A stretch of 62,622 nt of DNA, filler included, from Bipalium vagum (lineage: Eukaryota), in NCBI GenBank assembly GCA_037834085.1. It is 3 parts of 3 records of this genome, joined end to end, with 100 filler letters (N's around TTAATTAATTAA, not from the genome) between each part and the next. Parts side by side here need not be neighbours in the genome. Positions count along the whole stretch, not along the records: positions 22,174 to 46,360 come from JBBMKC010202272.1; 2 more parts are not named here. The stretch is one strand, 5' to 3'. The notes under the pieces were generated by a model. It ran no database searches and was not told the DNA's origin. It saw only the letters and a list, made by a program, of their open reading frames with translations. Shown here in pieces: positions 25,790-39,737 of this stretch. Numbering within the stretch: the stretch's first letter is position 1; the number at the start of each line of letters is the position of its first letter. The translations under genes and the position numbers were made by a program.

Positions 25790-26480
25790 TAAATTTTTCC
25801 TCAGTTTTTAAACAAAAAACAAAAAACTTTTTTTCATGTAACAAATAAACTTTATTAATTTAGAAGTATCTCATTTTGGTCAATAATCTTTGTTCATTTA
25901 TCTCGTAAATTCATAATGCCATCACTCTAGAATTTCTGAGATTTTTGGTAAAAAAATCTGTATAATGTCTTTTCTTGAAACTATTAGAACTCAATTAAGA
26001 AAATTCTGTACAGAGATAATAAATGGTAATTCAATGGCATGAGGTCTGGGCTACATTTTTGATGCATGAAACCTTGTCAGTCAACTTCTTACAAGTTTTG
26101 GCGAAGTTTGTGGTCGGTTATTGTCATCGTCAAATTATTATCAGACATCACCATCTCTTTTCAGTCGGTCTTTTTGCATTACTTCATTTAATCTTTCAAG
26201 TTTCAGACAATAGAATATAGAATTTATTATTTGATTAGGTTCCAACAGCTTGTAATACATGATTCCTTTCAAATCTCAGAAAACAGATGACAATAATCTT
26301 CATTTTGCAATCGTTTCTGGAGCTTCATTTTATTTTTACAGATACCTTTTTTCACATTATTATCATAAGTGTTCTACTTTTCATCTCCGATTTATCATAT
26401 TTTTAAGAAATGATTCATGTTCATTTCTTTTCAATAAGGATTTACAAATAAAAATTCCGAGGAATAAATTTTTTCTAGAT
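25790..26480 (-). mobile_element. mariner relic
   Basis: DDNNRPQTS (for HDNARPH), CSPDLMP and a mariner-like C-terminus; many stops. Confidence 0.62.
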
Positions 26481-28275
26481 AAATTATGTGGCAGCCAAAT
26501 ATTATTTTTTTCTTATAACCATGCATTTCCAGATAACTTAAAATAGTTTTTAGGCAAATGTTCAGATTCTTAACAATGCCATAATTGTTTATGTGATTTG
26601 GTTGATTATTTTCGTGATCTTTTCGTCTTTATCCGTGATTGGTCAGGCAGAACGAAGTGCAACCTTGAACGCATCGGAGAAATCGAGCGAACTATTATTA
26701 TATCTGAAATTGTATCAGATCTAAAAAAGACACATCACTTTGACGACGTCACTAGCATTTCATTCTTAAAGGAAATAAAATTTTAAGACGCATCAGTTTT
26801 CTTCATTTTGAATTTCTTACATCTTTTAATTCGAACAAACAAAATATATTAATATAATTTTTATATTTATTTATACTAAGGACTTAATTTCACTGATAAA
26901 TTTCTCAAAATTTACATTCAAACTTATATACTGCCTAAAATTCAAATCAAAACAATCTAGAGCTGACGCGCTGGAATCTATTTAGGTCGTCTAACAGATG
27001 ATATATATGAATATCGATATTTGTTGTTATCTTGAATATGAATTGAAACATAAACAATGTAAGGATGATAATCGAGATCCTAAGTTTAACCTTATTTCGA
27101 AATAAACTTATCTTAATGCTTTAAAATTTAGAAGGTACCCATTGTGTTATTTCTCTTGGCAACATGATATTCAAAAAGTCCATCATATTATTATTTTATT
27201 TTCTTGTTAATTAAATGTTAAGTACTAAATAAACAATAATCTCCAGAAACAATCACTAATTATATTCCTCTTCGCTGGACTCAAATCCTTTCTTTCTTCA
27301 TATTACATTTCTTTACGACTGATTTAATGCATAAACCTTTCCTTTTAAAATAAAAAAATATTTATTTAAGAAACTTTCTCAGACAGGATCCATTTCATTT
27401 TGGTTTTCTTAATAGGCTTATGAGGGATGAGTGACGAGATTGAACGTGGCTCATATTACAACCCCTTAGCATTATGGTATCTCAAGTGAAGATTTGTAAA
27501 CAAAAATGTTTTCTGTATTATAGAATTCTTATAATTGTTTTCAGATATGTAATAGTCTAGACATCGTGAGAAAAAGGACAGTGAGTTGATAATAAGGTAG
27601 GCTGAAGCAATATCGTTAGGATTTTAAAACCTAATAAAAACGTACACAGTGATAAATAACTTGAACTAAGAAATTCATATTTTTCTATTACATAAATAAA
27701 GTATCCCTTGTTAAAATAAGCAATCCAAATTAAATTTATCAAAAATGAGACCAATTTCATCTTAAATTCAAAACTGGAAATTTGAGAAATTTTTAAGTAA
27801 AAGATCACATTGTTATCAAAACAGATTTGATTCTATAAGAGATTAAACACTTTACATCACAAACTAATTAATAAAGTTGTGGGAAAGCTGATGAAAAAAC
27901 GGAAAACAAATAAAGAAAAGAATCCGTTCCTTTTCCTAAGACGATGAAAATGTCATAACAATTCACATCCGAAAATAGAGATGATAATTATTTAATTGGA
28001 TGATTGGAGGAAGGACGCAAATACTTCAATCACTCGTACAGAGATGGGGTTTCAGGAGGATTAGAGGTCGATTATTTATTTATTCAAAAAATTACAACTC
28101 TTAAAGTATATCAAAATATTTTATTATTTAAAGGTAATCTATATAATTTAGACGAATCTGGAGAGCAAAGCAACTCTGTCTCATTGAATTGAAGTTCTTT
28201 TAATAACATTCTCAATATAGTAGATATACATAAAGTATTAGATATATTACATTATGACCTATGACTTATACCACA

Positions 28276-28350
28276 TGTGAGATTAATTTTGAATTAGTCG
28301 GTGGATGTATTAGCTCAGCGGTCAGGGTAGTCCATACGCAGGTGGAAGGC
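28276..28350 (+). repeat. tRNA-Ala-derived repeat, degenerate copy with 5' flank
   Basis: tgtgagattaattttgaattagtcg followed by gtggatgtattagctcagcggtcagggtagtccatacgcaggtggaagg. Confidence 0.7.
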
Positions 28351-28879
28351 TTAGTTTTCATAATTTGTTCTCTATCGTTTTATAAATGTGGGAATCTAGA
28401 TCATCCAGCTTTTGTAATGATATGAACAAAACTATTTTAAATTTGTTGAAAAAGAATCTTTGAGCTTATATAATACTTTAAATATATGGAGACTTTTACA
28501 GTACGCATAATTATTATTTCTCATCAATTGTTATCATTTGAATTTGGAAAAGAATAACTGCAATCCCAAGAAGAATGACTAAATTTATCCATGAATTTAT
28601 CTGACACATACTTTGTTATCCATCATCTTGACACCAGACTAACATTTGCATACAGACTCCTGTCAGTTATAAGGTTGTAACAATTTGTCATGATTTAATT
28701 ATTTTATGGTTCTGTTTGATAATATGATATTTATTTAATACCAAAATCATTTATTTGAAAGATATTTTTCTGCTCTACGAAAATGCTTTACAATTTTTAT
28801 ATATAATTTAATTTTGTTTGAATTTAACAGTTTTAAACTTCAGTAACAACTTGATCAAAAACACTATTTATACTTCTTG

Positions 28880-29570
28880 TTGATATTTAATTTTAATTGA
28901 GGGTAGAAAGTCGCAAAATAGTCCTGGAAAATTGTAATGTGTGAAGAAAACATGGTTTAGTTTGGACTACAGCAATATATAGGTTTAAGAAATTCTAAAA
29001 TGACATCCAACCTTCAAATTACTCCACATACCGATCGGTCATCCAATTTCGATGATGACCAATTGATAATACTCATGAAAGAGGATGAAAATCAAGCCAA
29101 TATAAATCTTCGATTACCTAAAATCAAAAGGATATAGTCAAAAACTGGGCTTTTGTGTGATATATGAGCTGAAAAATCAAAGAAAGTCGCTTAAAAATTG
29201 CAATTGAAAATCTTTGAAGTCACCGAGAAACAAATATAATCAAGGCACTGTTTCTTCATAGAAAACATAAAGGGATGAGAACTGTTATTTGTATACAAAC
29301 TTCAAGTACAGTAAGATGTTCTTTACTCTTGGTCACACAATAATGTCACGAATTAAACAAGATCTGTGTCCAAAAATTTCCATGATCTCTGTTTGATGGA
29401 TTTAGTAAACTCATACACTGAGAAATGATCCAGGAAAAGTCTACAAATACCTATACAGGAATCAATTACATCGAATGAACAATATAACGATTATTAAAGG
29501 AAAGACAGGATAAACAACTCTTAATTATTCTTCTTCGTGATAGCACGAAACAGCACGATGACAGTAAATA
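28880..29570 (+). mobile_element. mariner relic
   Basis: RSVIQFR/RSSNFDDDQL, FLHRKHKGMR region carrying a GDE-type motif, and ILLRDSTKQH (for HDNARPH). Confidence 0.62.
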
Positions 29571-29594
29571 AAATTCAATAAATTAACAATAATA

Positions 29595-30408
29595 TACTGG
29601 TGGCCAAAAAAAGTAGTACAATTTTATAAAATTTGAGGAATTTCTAAAAAATATCAGTATTGGCTGAACAGTGGCAGAATATCTTATGGACTGACGAATA
29701 AAGATTTTCGCTAGATTCCCATGATGGCCAAATTCGAGTTAGAAGAATGAAAAATGAATTTTATGTCGATTGCTGTATCCTAGAGCATGGATGTTATGGA
29801 GTAGACAGTGTAAAGGTTTGGACCGTTATGTGGTGGAATAATCGTACATTTATCGTTGTTGTTTCCGGTACAATGACAGGCAAACGATATTTAAATGAAA
29901 TTATTCTGCCACGTCTTACCAACTGTGAAAGGGAATAATTTGATCTTTCAACAAGATATTGCTAGGCCTTAAAAAGCAAAAGATGCTATGTCAGAATTGG
30001 ATTCAATTCAGGTTCTACCGTGAGCAGCAAGATCACAAAATTTGTCACGAATAGAGCATATGTGGGATGAAGGAGGACGCCATTTAAGAAATGATTATGA
30101 GTTACTAACCATTAATTTAAACCAGCTTTCAGAGAGAATACAACATGTATGGAATTCTATTCCACAACAGTCAATCCGACGAGTAATCTCAAGCGTTCCT
30201 GAAAGGCTTAGTGAATGTATTAGGAAAGGTAGTGGTCGGACATCATACTGATTAATTCATGGGAACGACAAAAAGGTCCTTTTTAGGGCCACAAACATTG
30301 ATTGTTAATTTATTCAGTTGAATTCGTAAATATTGGTTAAAAATATATTAATTGAAAATTTTAAAAAAATTCATAAAAAAGTGTACTACTTTTTTTTGGC
30401 CTTCAGTG
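29595..30408 (+). mobile_element. Tc1-family element with both TIRs and TA flanks, 5' part of transposase deleted
   Basis: ta-tactggtggccaaaaaaagtagtaca ... tgtactacttttttttggccttcagtg-ta; WQNILWTDE, FQQDIARP, *AARSQNLSRIEHMWD and SVPERLSECIRKGSGRTSY. Confidence 0.9.
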
Positions 30409-32540
30409 TATCTGTAAAAATAAAAAACTATAAGTCATTGTTAATTTTTATTTATAAAATGCAATGATCTTCTTAGTTTTATCTAATTTTCTCGTTTTAA
30501 TTAATTCATTTATCTAAATTAGTTATTTAAAACAAATATTACTACAATATTATTTAATATTTTCTGAGATAATAATAATATACACAGTCAAGTATAAATA
30601 TATTTATATTATTTATATCCTTCTAATATGTAAATATATAATATAATATAATATTCAAAGGAAAGCATTTATCTGAAAATCATTTGTAAAAAATAAAAAA
30701 TTATAATTTAAAAAATTAATTTAATTTATGTATTAATTTATGAATTTATAATCATCTTTCACTGATTTTCTTCACTCTATAGGATGTGTAGAAAGCAATT
30801 TCCCTATTTAAAAAATGTTCGCGATTTGTACCATACAGGAAATTTATCAAAAAAGTTAATATTGAAAACAATTGCCTTAAGTGCTTCTTAAAATACATTT
30901 TATCAATACTAAAAATCCATTAGCAAAAATATGTGAAAGCGTTAAAGAATTTATTTTAGACTCATAACCCGCCAGTCTTCGTCAAAACAAGAAAAAATGA
31001 TAAAGCTTCTATTTAATTATAAAAAAATATGAAAATTATTTCCTAATTTGAAAATCCATAAAATGTTAAATAGCCGAAGGCTATTAGATCTGATTCCACA
31101 AAATTCTCCGAATGGGAAAATCTTTTTCAGAACTTGATTGATTTTTTAGACATTAGTCTCAACAAATCCTTTAATAATTATTCTTACGCCTTATCATTTT
31201 TCTATTGATAAATTAATAAAACCAGTATTGGTTAATAAAACATGCCGAATAATTTATTTTGATTATTTATTTGAGTAAAAATATTTGAAATTAATTAATA
31301 GTTTATTATAATAATAAAAAATTTAATTTTTATGAGATTTGTCTGATAATATCACAATATCGAAAAATTTATTCAGATTTTTACCAATTTTCGATATTAA
31401 AATTAAAATTATTTAATGATTTTTTTACTAATTTTAAATGTCGGAAAATTGATTTAACTTTCGCATATATAAGTTGTTTTAATGATTTATTTCATGATTA
31501 ACTTTATTAATTATTTTTAAATTGTATGCAACAGCATCATGTTTCTAATTTTTATTTACATATATATTTAAACATTAAGATATTTTCTTAGTATTTAGAA
31601 ATTGGTGAATTTTTCCTCTTTAAATAAAATTTCATTAATTTTTAAAATATTTTTTAACATTTTGATTGTTTTAGATCAGAAAATTATAAATTTTTAATAA
31701 ATTAAATAATTTTGAAAAATTAATTTACTGCTGAAGATTGAGATTAATCTAAAGCAAACTGTAAATGCGATGGTTAAGTCAAAATAAATCCTTGGAATAT
31801 ATTTTTTTCAGATAATAATAAATTTATTTACTTACCAGATTTGTTCTTTTGCCTTAATTATTTTATTAATTTTAATTTATATTTATTTACTTATATTAAT
31901 TAACATTTATTAAATTTAGATAACAGATATATCAGTGTTATTTCTTATAAATATTGTTATTCTTTAATGCGTATAAACTTTTGATTATGCAAGATGTTTA
32001 TTAACAAACGCTTTGGAGTGACATCCGTTTACCTGAATTATAAGTGCACGTTTACATGTTAATGTTTTCAAATAAATATTTTAGTCAACTTTCTATTACA
32101 TATACTAATGATTTAAAATATTTATATCAAGCAATAACCCTGAAAAAATGCAGATCAACTAACCGTTAATACACACATTGGGTATGTTAATTTCTTTGTG
32201 TGCGCGTGTGTGTATGTTTAAGTGGTTTTAAGTGCACAACCTAGAAAATTTTAATCTTCTGAGTCCATTAGAAATGTCTTAAGCATTTTAGAATTTCAAA
32301 GAATTTAATAGACATAACCAGTTTTGCCTGATTAGGTAATTGAAAATTAAATGATATTAAAAAATAACTTAAATTTTGAAATGCATCTAATTTACTTTAA
32401 TTTTGTGGAATGCAGATGAAATAGTATTTCATTGGAATTTATTTAAATGGATTTTGACCAGTTCTTTTTAGTATTTAAAAATGTTGAATGGGAATGGAAG
32501 TACTTGGTAATAAAAAAGTACAGTTCAATAAGTAATAGTG

Positions 32541-33616
32541 TACTAGGTCGTTCGAAAAGTCCCTGACCTAACAAAGAAAAACAATTTTTAAGACATGAAC
32601 AAGTTTTTTTATTCAACAGTCTTCTTTTAGGAGGATACGTTGTTTCCATTAACCTTCAGGTTTTTTTATGTCCTTTGAAAAAAAAATATTTCTCCTTTCC
32701 TTCAAAATATGCTGTAGTTTCAGCTGACTTCACTTTTTTGTAAAATATTTTACCATAGAGCCATTATTTGCAGGTTTGGGAATGGGCAAAAGTGGCTAGG
32801 TGCTAAGTCCAGAGAATACGATGAGCGTGGAAGCAAATCGTAGCGCAATTCGTGTATAATGCTACATAATATTGCCCCGTTACCGTTTTTTGCTTTCAGG
32901 AAATAAATTAGTTTTCCAAAAAACAGTTGACATAAGCTTTCCAGCTAACTGCTGTGATTTTGACCGGTTTTGAGCACTTTTACCCATTGCTTTGATTCCG
33001 GGGTGTAGTTATGTATCCATGTTTCATCAATGTTTATATAAAGACGGAAAAATTCATTTGGATTTCCATTAAAAACACTTAAACACAGCTTTGAATCATT
33101 AGCTCGTTGTTGCTCTTTATCGATTGTCAAAGTGATTGGCATCCGTTTTGCTACAAGCTTTTTTATTTCTATTTCACAGTGAATTATTTTTCAAACAGTA
33201 TTGACTGATATCTTTGCGAGGATAGATAACTCGCGGATTTTGATTTTTCTATCATTCATTATTGCTTTTTTAATGGATTTTTTGAATGTTTTCTGGCAGA
33301 ACCACCTCAATTTGACTACCGCTTCGTTCAGCATCCTGTTGAATTCTAAGGACCAAAATCACTACAATATTTATCCAGTTTTTCTTTCGCTTTCTTCAGT
33401 GTTTTCTTTTATAAAAAATAATGCTTAATCAATATGCGGAATTCACCTTTTTCCATCTTAAAATCAAAATCGATTATTTAATTTTAAGGTTCGTGGATAA
33501 TTTGAACAAATTGATAGATTGCATTAAAATTTGGAATTTCATAGTTTAAAAGAATGCACTTTTCATTAATTTTGCTATTTTTTTGCTAATAGTGTTTTTT
33601 CATGTTCGACTTAGTA
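32541..33616 (-). mobile_element. mariner (irritans-like) near-full-length relic
   Basis: YINIDETWIHNYTPESKQW, LLPRSSYSLDLAPSHFCPFPNL; TIR-like ends. Confidence 0.82.
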
Positions 33617-33852
33617 TATTTAAAAAATATCAATATGATACCAGCTAGAGATAAACAATAAAAAAATCTCTTCGGCTTACAAACATGTTCAAATGTGGAT
33701 TTCTACGAAAAATTTCTTCTTTCCTTTGGAGAAAATCTACATTATATTATAAATTAAACATTTTTAATTTTTGTTTTAGAAATTTTCATTGCCTCACATA
33801 TGGATATATTAAACAAAATTAAAATCTAAATTTTTTTAATTTTCCTTTTCAG

Positions 33853-33998
33853 ATGGTTTATAAATAATTCGCCAGTGGAAAACATTTTGGAAAGCAAATA
33901 TAAATTACAATTAACAAGATCTCATCACAAAGCGACCATAAAATGCAAGGCAGTTTCGACAAGGGAAGGGTCAAAATCGATACAAATATTTGTAAAAT
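33853..33998 (+). CDS. KIRREL: Kirre/NEPH1-type exon, second half of the Ig domain
   Basis: tttcag|WFINNSPVENILESKYKLQLTRSHHKATIKCKAVSTREGSKSIQIFVK|gtaagt; resembles Kirre WFIN..TRKFHDAIVKC. Phases fit both neighbours. Confidence 0.85.
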
Positions 33999-34359
33999 GT
34001 AAGTGATTTTATATGTTCTCAAAGAAAATTATAAAAATTGCATATTTGAAATAACAGTGGCAAAAATTTATATTTTTTAAGTACTTTAAATTTATATAAA
34101 TAATATAAATAATAACTATAATCCATATATATCATATTGGTGTTCATATATCAGATCTATTATTTATTTAAAAGTGACAGATTAGTTACATCATTGAGAA
34201 TCTGATAATTGACGAATGCATAGATTACATTTTCTAAATGTTTCATCTCTAAAAACGGATTATGAATTAAGTGTCTCTATATCTTTTATACTTTCCGACT
34301 TATTAGGTTTCTGTATTGAAAGTGAGTCTTTTTTACAATATTGCCTTTTATTTAATAAG

Positions 34360-34830
34360 TAATATAAATATTAAGTTAAAATAAAAGGAAAAAGATAATT
34401 TATTCAAAATATTTCTATCGTTAATAATAACTTTGTCCCATTTTTCAGAAAATTTGTGAATTCTTCGATAAAAGAAATCGGCACCTAATCACTGATGCAT
34501 TTTTCAGATTCCTCAAAGGATTGGATGATAGTCAGAAGAGGCACAGTTTGGTGAATGAGCCGTATCTAATATCACTTCCAGTTGAAGCAAAACTAACGTT
34601 TCCTGGACTCGTTTGTTAACGTGTGGCCGGGCGATGTCACGCTGCAAAATTTTTTATGCTATTTTTTCTCATATTCCGGTCTTTTTTGCTTAATATCTGA
34701 TTCAGATATATTAATTGTTTTCGGTACAACTCTCATGTACCCGTTTCACCTTACTTTAGCAACTAATGATGGATCATACCATTTTGCTCTCATCAAATGC
34801 TTAGAAGACCCTTTTTCATATAAATGTCTT
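34360..34830 (-). mobile_element. mariner C-terminal relic
   Basis: QRDIARPHVNKRVQETL..WK..LIHQT-like HDNARPH region; SFYRRIHKFSEKWDKVIINDRKYFE. Confidence 0.7.
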
Positions 34831-37800
34831 CTTGAATGTTGTCCGTGATCGCAAATTGTTTTTATGTGTTTAGGGTTTTTGAAAGAATCCATTTTCAATA
34901 AATTTATTAACCATAAATTCATACTCAATTTTTGGGAAATCCATTTCAGAGTTAAGTCTTAAATTCTTTTTGCTAAATCGTTAGAAAAGATGACTTTTTA
35001 AAGAGAAATTATCTCTGAAATTGAAACATTGCTAAGAACATCTGGATACCAGTCCACAGGAAACGTTAAAAAACCTTTCTTTTTTATCAGGATCTACTAA
35101 ATTTCCTCCAGGACACCTAAATTTAATAGTATTGAAAGTTACTATCATATCCTCGTTATTTAATCATTGTTATGACTTTAGAGTGCCCATATTTTTCGAA
35201 TATTGAGGCTTATTTAATTTTCTATAAATTAATAAACACATGCAGTCTGTTTCTAAAGCTGGAAAAAAGAATTTAAGGGTATTTTAAATTCCTCGTATCT
35301 TAAATATTGACAACTTTTTAAAAATTGCCCATACTGAACGCGATATGCTTCATGAAATTAATTTAATGGAATCTAAATTATTTGATATTAACATGGAAGA
35401 CTTATGACTGTTTAAAATATAATCAAATTTAATAAATAATGAATTTTCTTTACTTTTCTCCAAAAAATTTCATTGGATTTCTATCGTAAAGCACAGTTAA
35501 TTATATAAGTTTCAGTTTGAGAGCATTTTATTTTAAATTCTTAATTTGACAAAATGCTATTTAATTAGAATTTCACAAATTTATACTGCTACATCCCCTG
35601 AGCAGTTTTCAATTTACCTCACAATTTACATTAACTCTTTTTAATTAGGTGTACATATACGTTTAAAACCGTTTTTATAGGTGAATATTTTGTAGACTTA
35701 TTGTATCATATTTTTTATATTAAATGTTGAAACGTTTCAAAAAATGGCTTTAGAACTTATTTGTACTCCCATAATAATTTGGTAAATGTGTGTATAAAAT
35801 GAAATTTATCAATAAGCTATATTAATAATAATATGCATTATTTATAAATTTTATGTGACACTTAAATAGTATTTGCAATATTATAAGAAGTTAAAAATAT
35901 AAATACTGAAAAATAAGAAAGAATTTCTCGTAACTTTTATTTACCAACAACGTATTAAAAATATACAAATTTGTTTAAATATCAAAATTTCACCAAGACG
36001 AGCTCTTGCGATCAATAATATTTTATCATTTTTGAATGTTTATTTGTGGATAATTTGAATGGTATTTACTTTTCCTTGTTCATTTAAACGCGATGTTTCA
36101 AGTTTTGTCGACAAAGTTGATCTCATTAATTTAATTTCCAATGTCCATTTTTCTTTTATTATTTTTAAATTTACACTTAAATTTCGTTACTATTTCATTT
36201 ACTCGGTTACAACAGGTGGCATAGTCACAAGAGTCTGTAAAAAAGGATTTATTTTCCAAATTTACTTATCAGCCCAAAGCCCTCAAGAATCTTCCTTTGT
36301 CGGATCACGTGAACCTCGTTATCTGACTGATTACATCACACGGGGCTTTCCGTTTTTCTGTTGCATAAACTGCTTTGAACGAAACAACTTCCTACTCGAT
36401 AATTATATCGTTGCCTTCGCTTCTATTCGCTTTTCAACGCACAGCATATAATCCATATCTTCTCCAGTTTAAAAGATCCGCCAAAGCACTTAGATGATTT
36501 CGGCTCCCTCTTTGTAGTATCGATGTTATTTTTCTCCTTCAACATAAAGTTAGTTCGCTTGCATTTCTGAGCTGACCCTATTGGTTGAATTTGAAAATAA
36601 TAATCACTATTGTATGTCTCTTATGAGCTTCGGTTGAAGATTTGTCCCTAAACGTGTTGTAATTGGGTTTTTGTAGCTGCTATCTGGGAGAAGCATCGCG
36701 TATCTGAAGTTGACGAACAAAAATACAGACTTTCTGCAACTCGTGCCTTTAACAGCTACACAATAGTGACATATTTGCCAGGTTGCATAGTAAATAAATT
36801 AATTGTATTTGATCAAACCTCTGGAAGAAAACCGCGTTGTTTGCAATTTTTTTTAATTTGACTACAGGTATTTCTGATTTTGATTAATAGTTCGTACATT
36901 AAATCTGACATTATTTGATTTCATATTTTCTAAATGAAGTGACGGAATTAGATTATTATCAAGTAATTTTTACATTGCATTAAATATTTTTTGTTAAAAA
37001 TACAAAAAATTAAAATGTGCAAAAATTTTGTCAATTTTCGATTTTTAAATTTGCTTTTATGAATAAAATTACTTAAAAATTTACTTAAATATCTAAGTTA
37101 TTGAACCATTAACATCTGTGGAAATAACTATTGATTTCACGAAATCGCAACTCTCTTATTCTTATCTATTTTTTTCCAATGTTTTAAAATAATTACTGTG
37201 CTAAAAATATTGACGAGTAGTACATTTCACTGAAGAAACACGAAAGTAAATTTGTTTTAAATTATTATTTAAATCGAAAAATTCAAATTCAAATTATTGT
37301 TTCGAAATTTTTGGGTTGTGATGAGTGATTAATGGTTACTCAAAATAACATAAAAACCTTTATTTCATATGTCAAATAAGATAAATGGTTGGGTTATAAA
37401 TAATTATTTGTACATTTCATGCTATAAATCGATAGACCAAATTTTATACCAATTAACTTTCCTTACAAACTGTTTTTAACCTACCTACACACTAGAAAGA
37501 GTCTAAGAATCTTAATAATAATTAGTGGTAAGATTTTAAACTGGTTAAAGAATTAACTTTAATTTAATTGATGATGAAAGAAGTTGCCTTCTAAGATTTA
37601 TTTATTTCTTATTATATGTTACGATTTATGGATATCAAGATATTATGGATTAGTTCAATAAAATTTAGAAAATGTCTAAAAATGTCAATATAAATTTAAA
37701 TTATGTCGAAGTAATCTTCACGATATTGACCATAAAAAGTTGACTTTATAATAGTAATGTGTTTTATGAGTTCACAAGTATTAAGAATTTCGTTGGACAT

Positions 37801-39589
37801 TTTCTTTAAATTGGATATGTAATCTGGCTCGTCGGATAATGTGCGTATGTTATTGACGGTCAAATCAATGACTATCTAAACCAAAGTCTTGGTTTCAAAT
37901 TATAATTTTGCGAAAAATTGAGAGTGAAATGTGACTCATCATCGAGAAAAAACTGTCACTTAGAGAATTATCGATAAAACCTTCCAAAGTTCATTATCGC
38001 TAAGTTCCTTTGAAGTTCTATACTTCTCCGAATTATATTTCCTTTGCGATATTGTAGGAATGATTTCATTAAAATATATTGAATCATGCTTTCGAATATT
38101 TGAACTTTTTGGTAACTTTTCGAGTTGAAATTCCACCTTTACAGTAGGACGCTTTAGTCAGCTCATCAACATTTCTTTAAAATTTCTGCTATCTTACCTA
38201 AACTAGTTTGACAATTTGTGCTTATTCCATTTTCATAGGTTTGGCAAATATCATAAATTGTCCTTCTAAAATGAGCCAAAATTAACTTTCTTCCGAATAG
38301 AATTTCACACACGTTTCACAGATTTTTTTTTGAAAACATATTTTATAAGTAAAAATAAAATAGAAAATATTCACAAACATCTTATAATATTGTATGAATT
38401 ACCCAAAAGAAAAGGTTCCGCAATTAAAATATCTACTCAAATCGAATGTACTACATTAAGTATTTATTAAAATAGTATCAAGTACATTTAAGAAATTGGT
38501 ACTTTTATCACCTATTTTCTAATTTAATAAATATAGCATTTGCAAATGAGACCCCTCAAATAATCACTGCTTTACATCTCTCTCCAAATTGACAGGGTCC
38601 AAGTAAACATTGTATATTATCATAAAATTGCACGGAAGTGTCCCTTTGGTTTTCAGAAAATTAAATGAAAATAATTATTTATTTAATAAAGTCAACTTAA
38701 ACAAATTTTGTACAGCTGTAAATTTGAGAAATGTAAAATTGTGGATACACATTTTAAGTCTAGTTAATAATGGGTAACATAAATTTTTTCACTCCACTAA
38801 CAAAATCATTTCTATTTTACAAATTTTAATTCATTTTTCATTTTTTGCCGTTTCCAATAAAAACCAATTTTTTATAAGAAAAATATTACAAAAATAAGAC
38901 AGTTTAATTCTGCAGCTTTAGGATTTCTTTGGCAATTCATCAATGATTGATAATATTTGTCATATTCAAGTCACAAGTAGATGAAACTGAACTTTTCTTA
39001 CAGATTCTTCCCAATGAAATTTTATTATTATAATATAATTTAATTTTTTAATAATTTAATTTCTAAATTTTTAAATAACATTTTAAAAAAATTTATCTAC
39101 TATAAATTAATTATTTTTCATTAATTAATTTTTATTTTTAATTAATTAATTTTTATTATTTCTATTTATTAATTTTTCTTGTGTTTTATTTATTTTTCTT
39201 TTTATTTTATTTGTTAATATTATAAATTATTTTTATTTAATTCACTTTTAATTTTTTTTAAAATTATTAATTATTATTATAAATTAATTTTTTAAAATTA
39301 CCATTTAATTTAATCTATTAAATAAATTTATTTGCATATCGAAATAAATTGTTTGAAAAATATTAATCTCATGTTACGACTTAATCAAGCTTTGCTCTGT
39401 TAATCGTGAGAGAAAAATAGTTTTAAATATAAATTAAATGTTGTGATTATCCAAATGTTCTTCGAAGGTTATTGAAATGTCGAAACTCAAAACTTGTGAA
39501 AGTTTAAAGGTAAAATTCTCTTTTTAACCTTATTAATTATTAAAATGGAAAATAAAAAAGGTTTTCTAATGGAAAACGAATTAACTTCC

Positions 39590-39663
39590 TGTGAGATAAA
39601 TTGAAAATTAGTCGAGGAATGTAGCTCAGCGGTTAGAGCAGTCCATGCGCATGTGAAGGTCCC
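39590..39663 (+). repeat. tRNA-Ala-derived repeat, 3'-truncated copy with 5' flank
   Basis: gtgagataaattgaaaattagtcg followed by aggaatgtagctcagcggttagagcagtccatgcgcatgtgaaggtccc. Confidence 0.8.
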
Positions 39664-39737
39664 ATGCAGTATAAATTTTACAATATGCAAATTTTATTCT
39701 TAACCTTACAAGATAATAAAAAAACGTGTCACTAACT

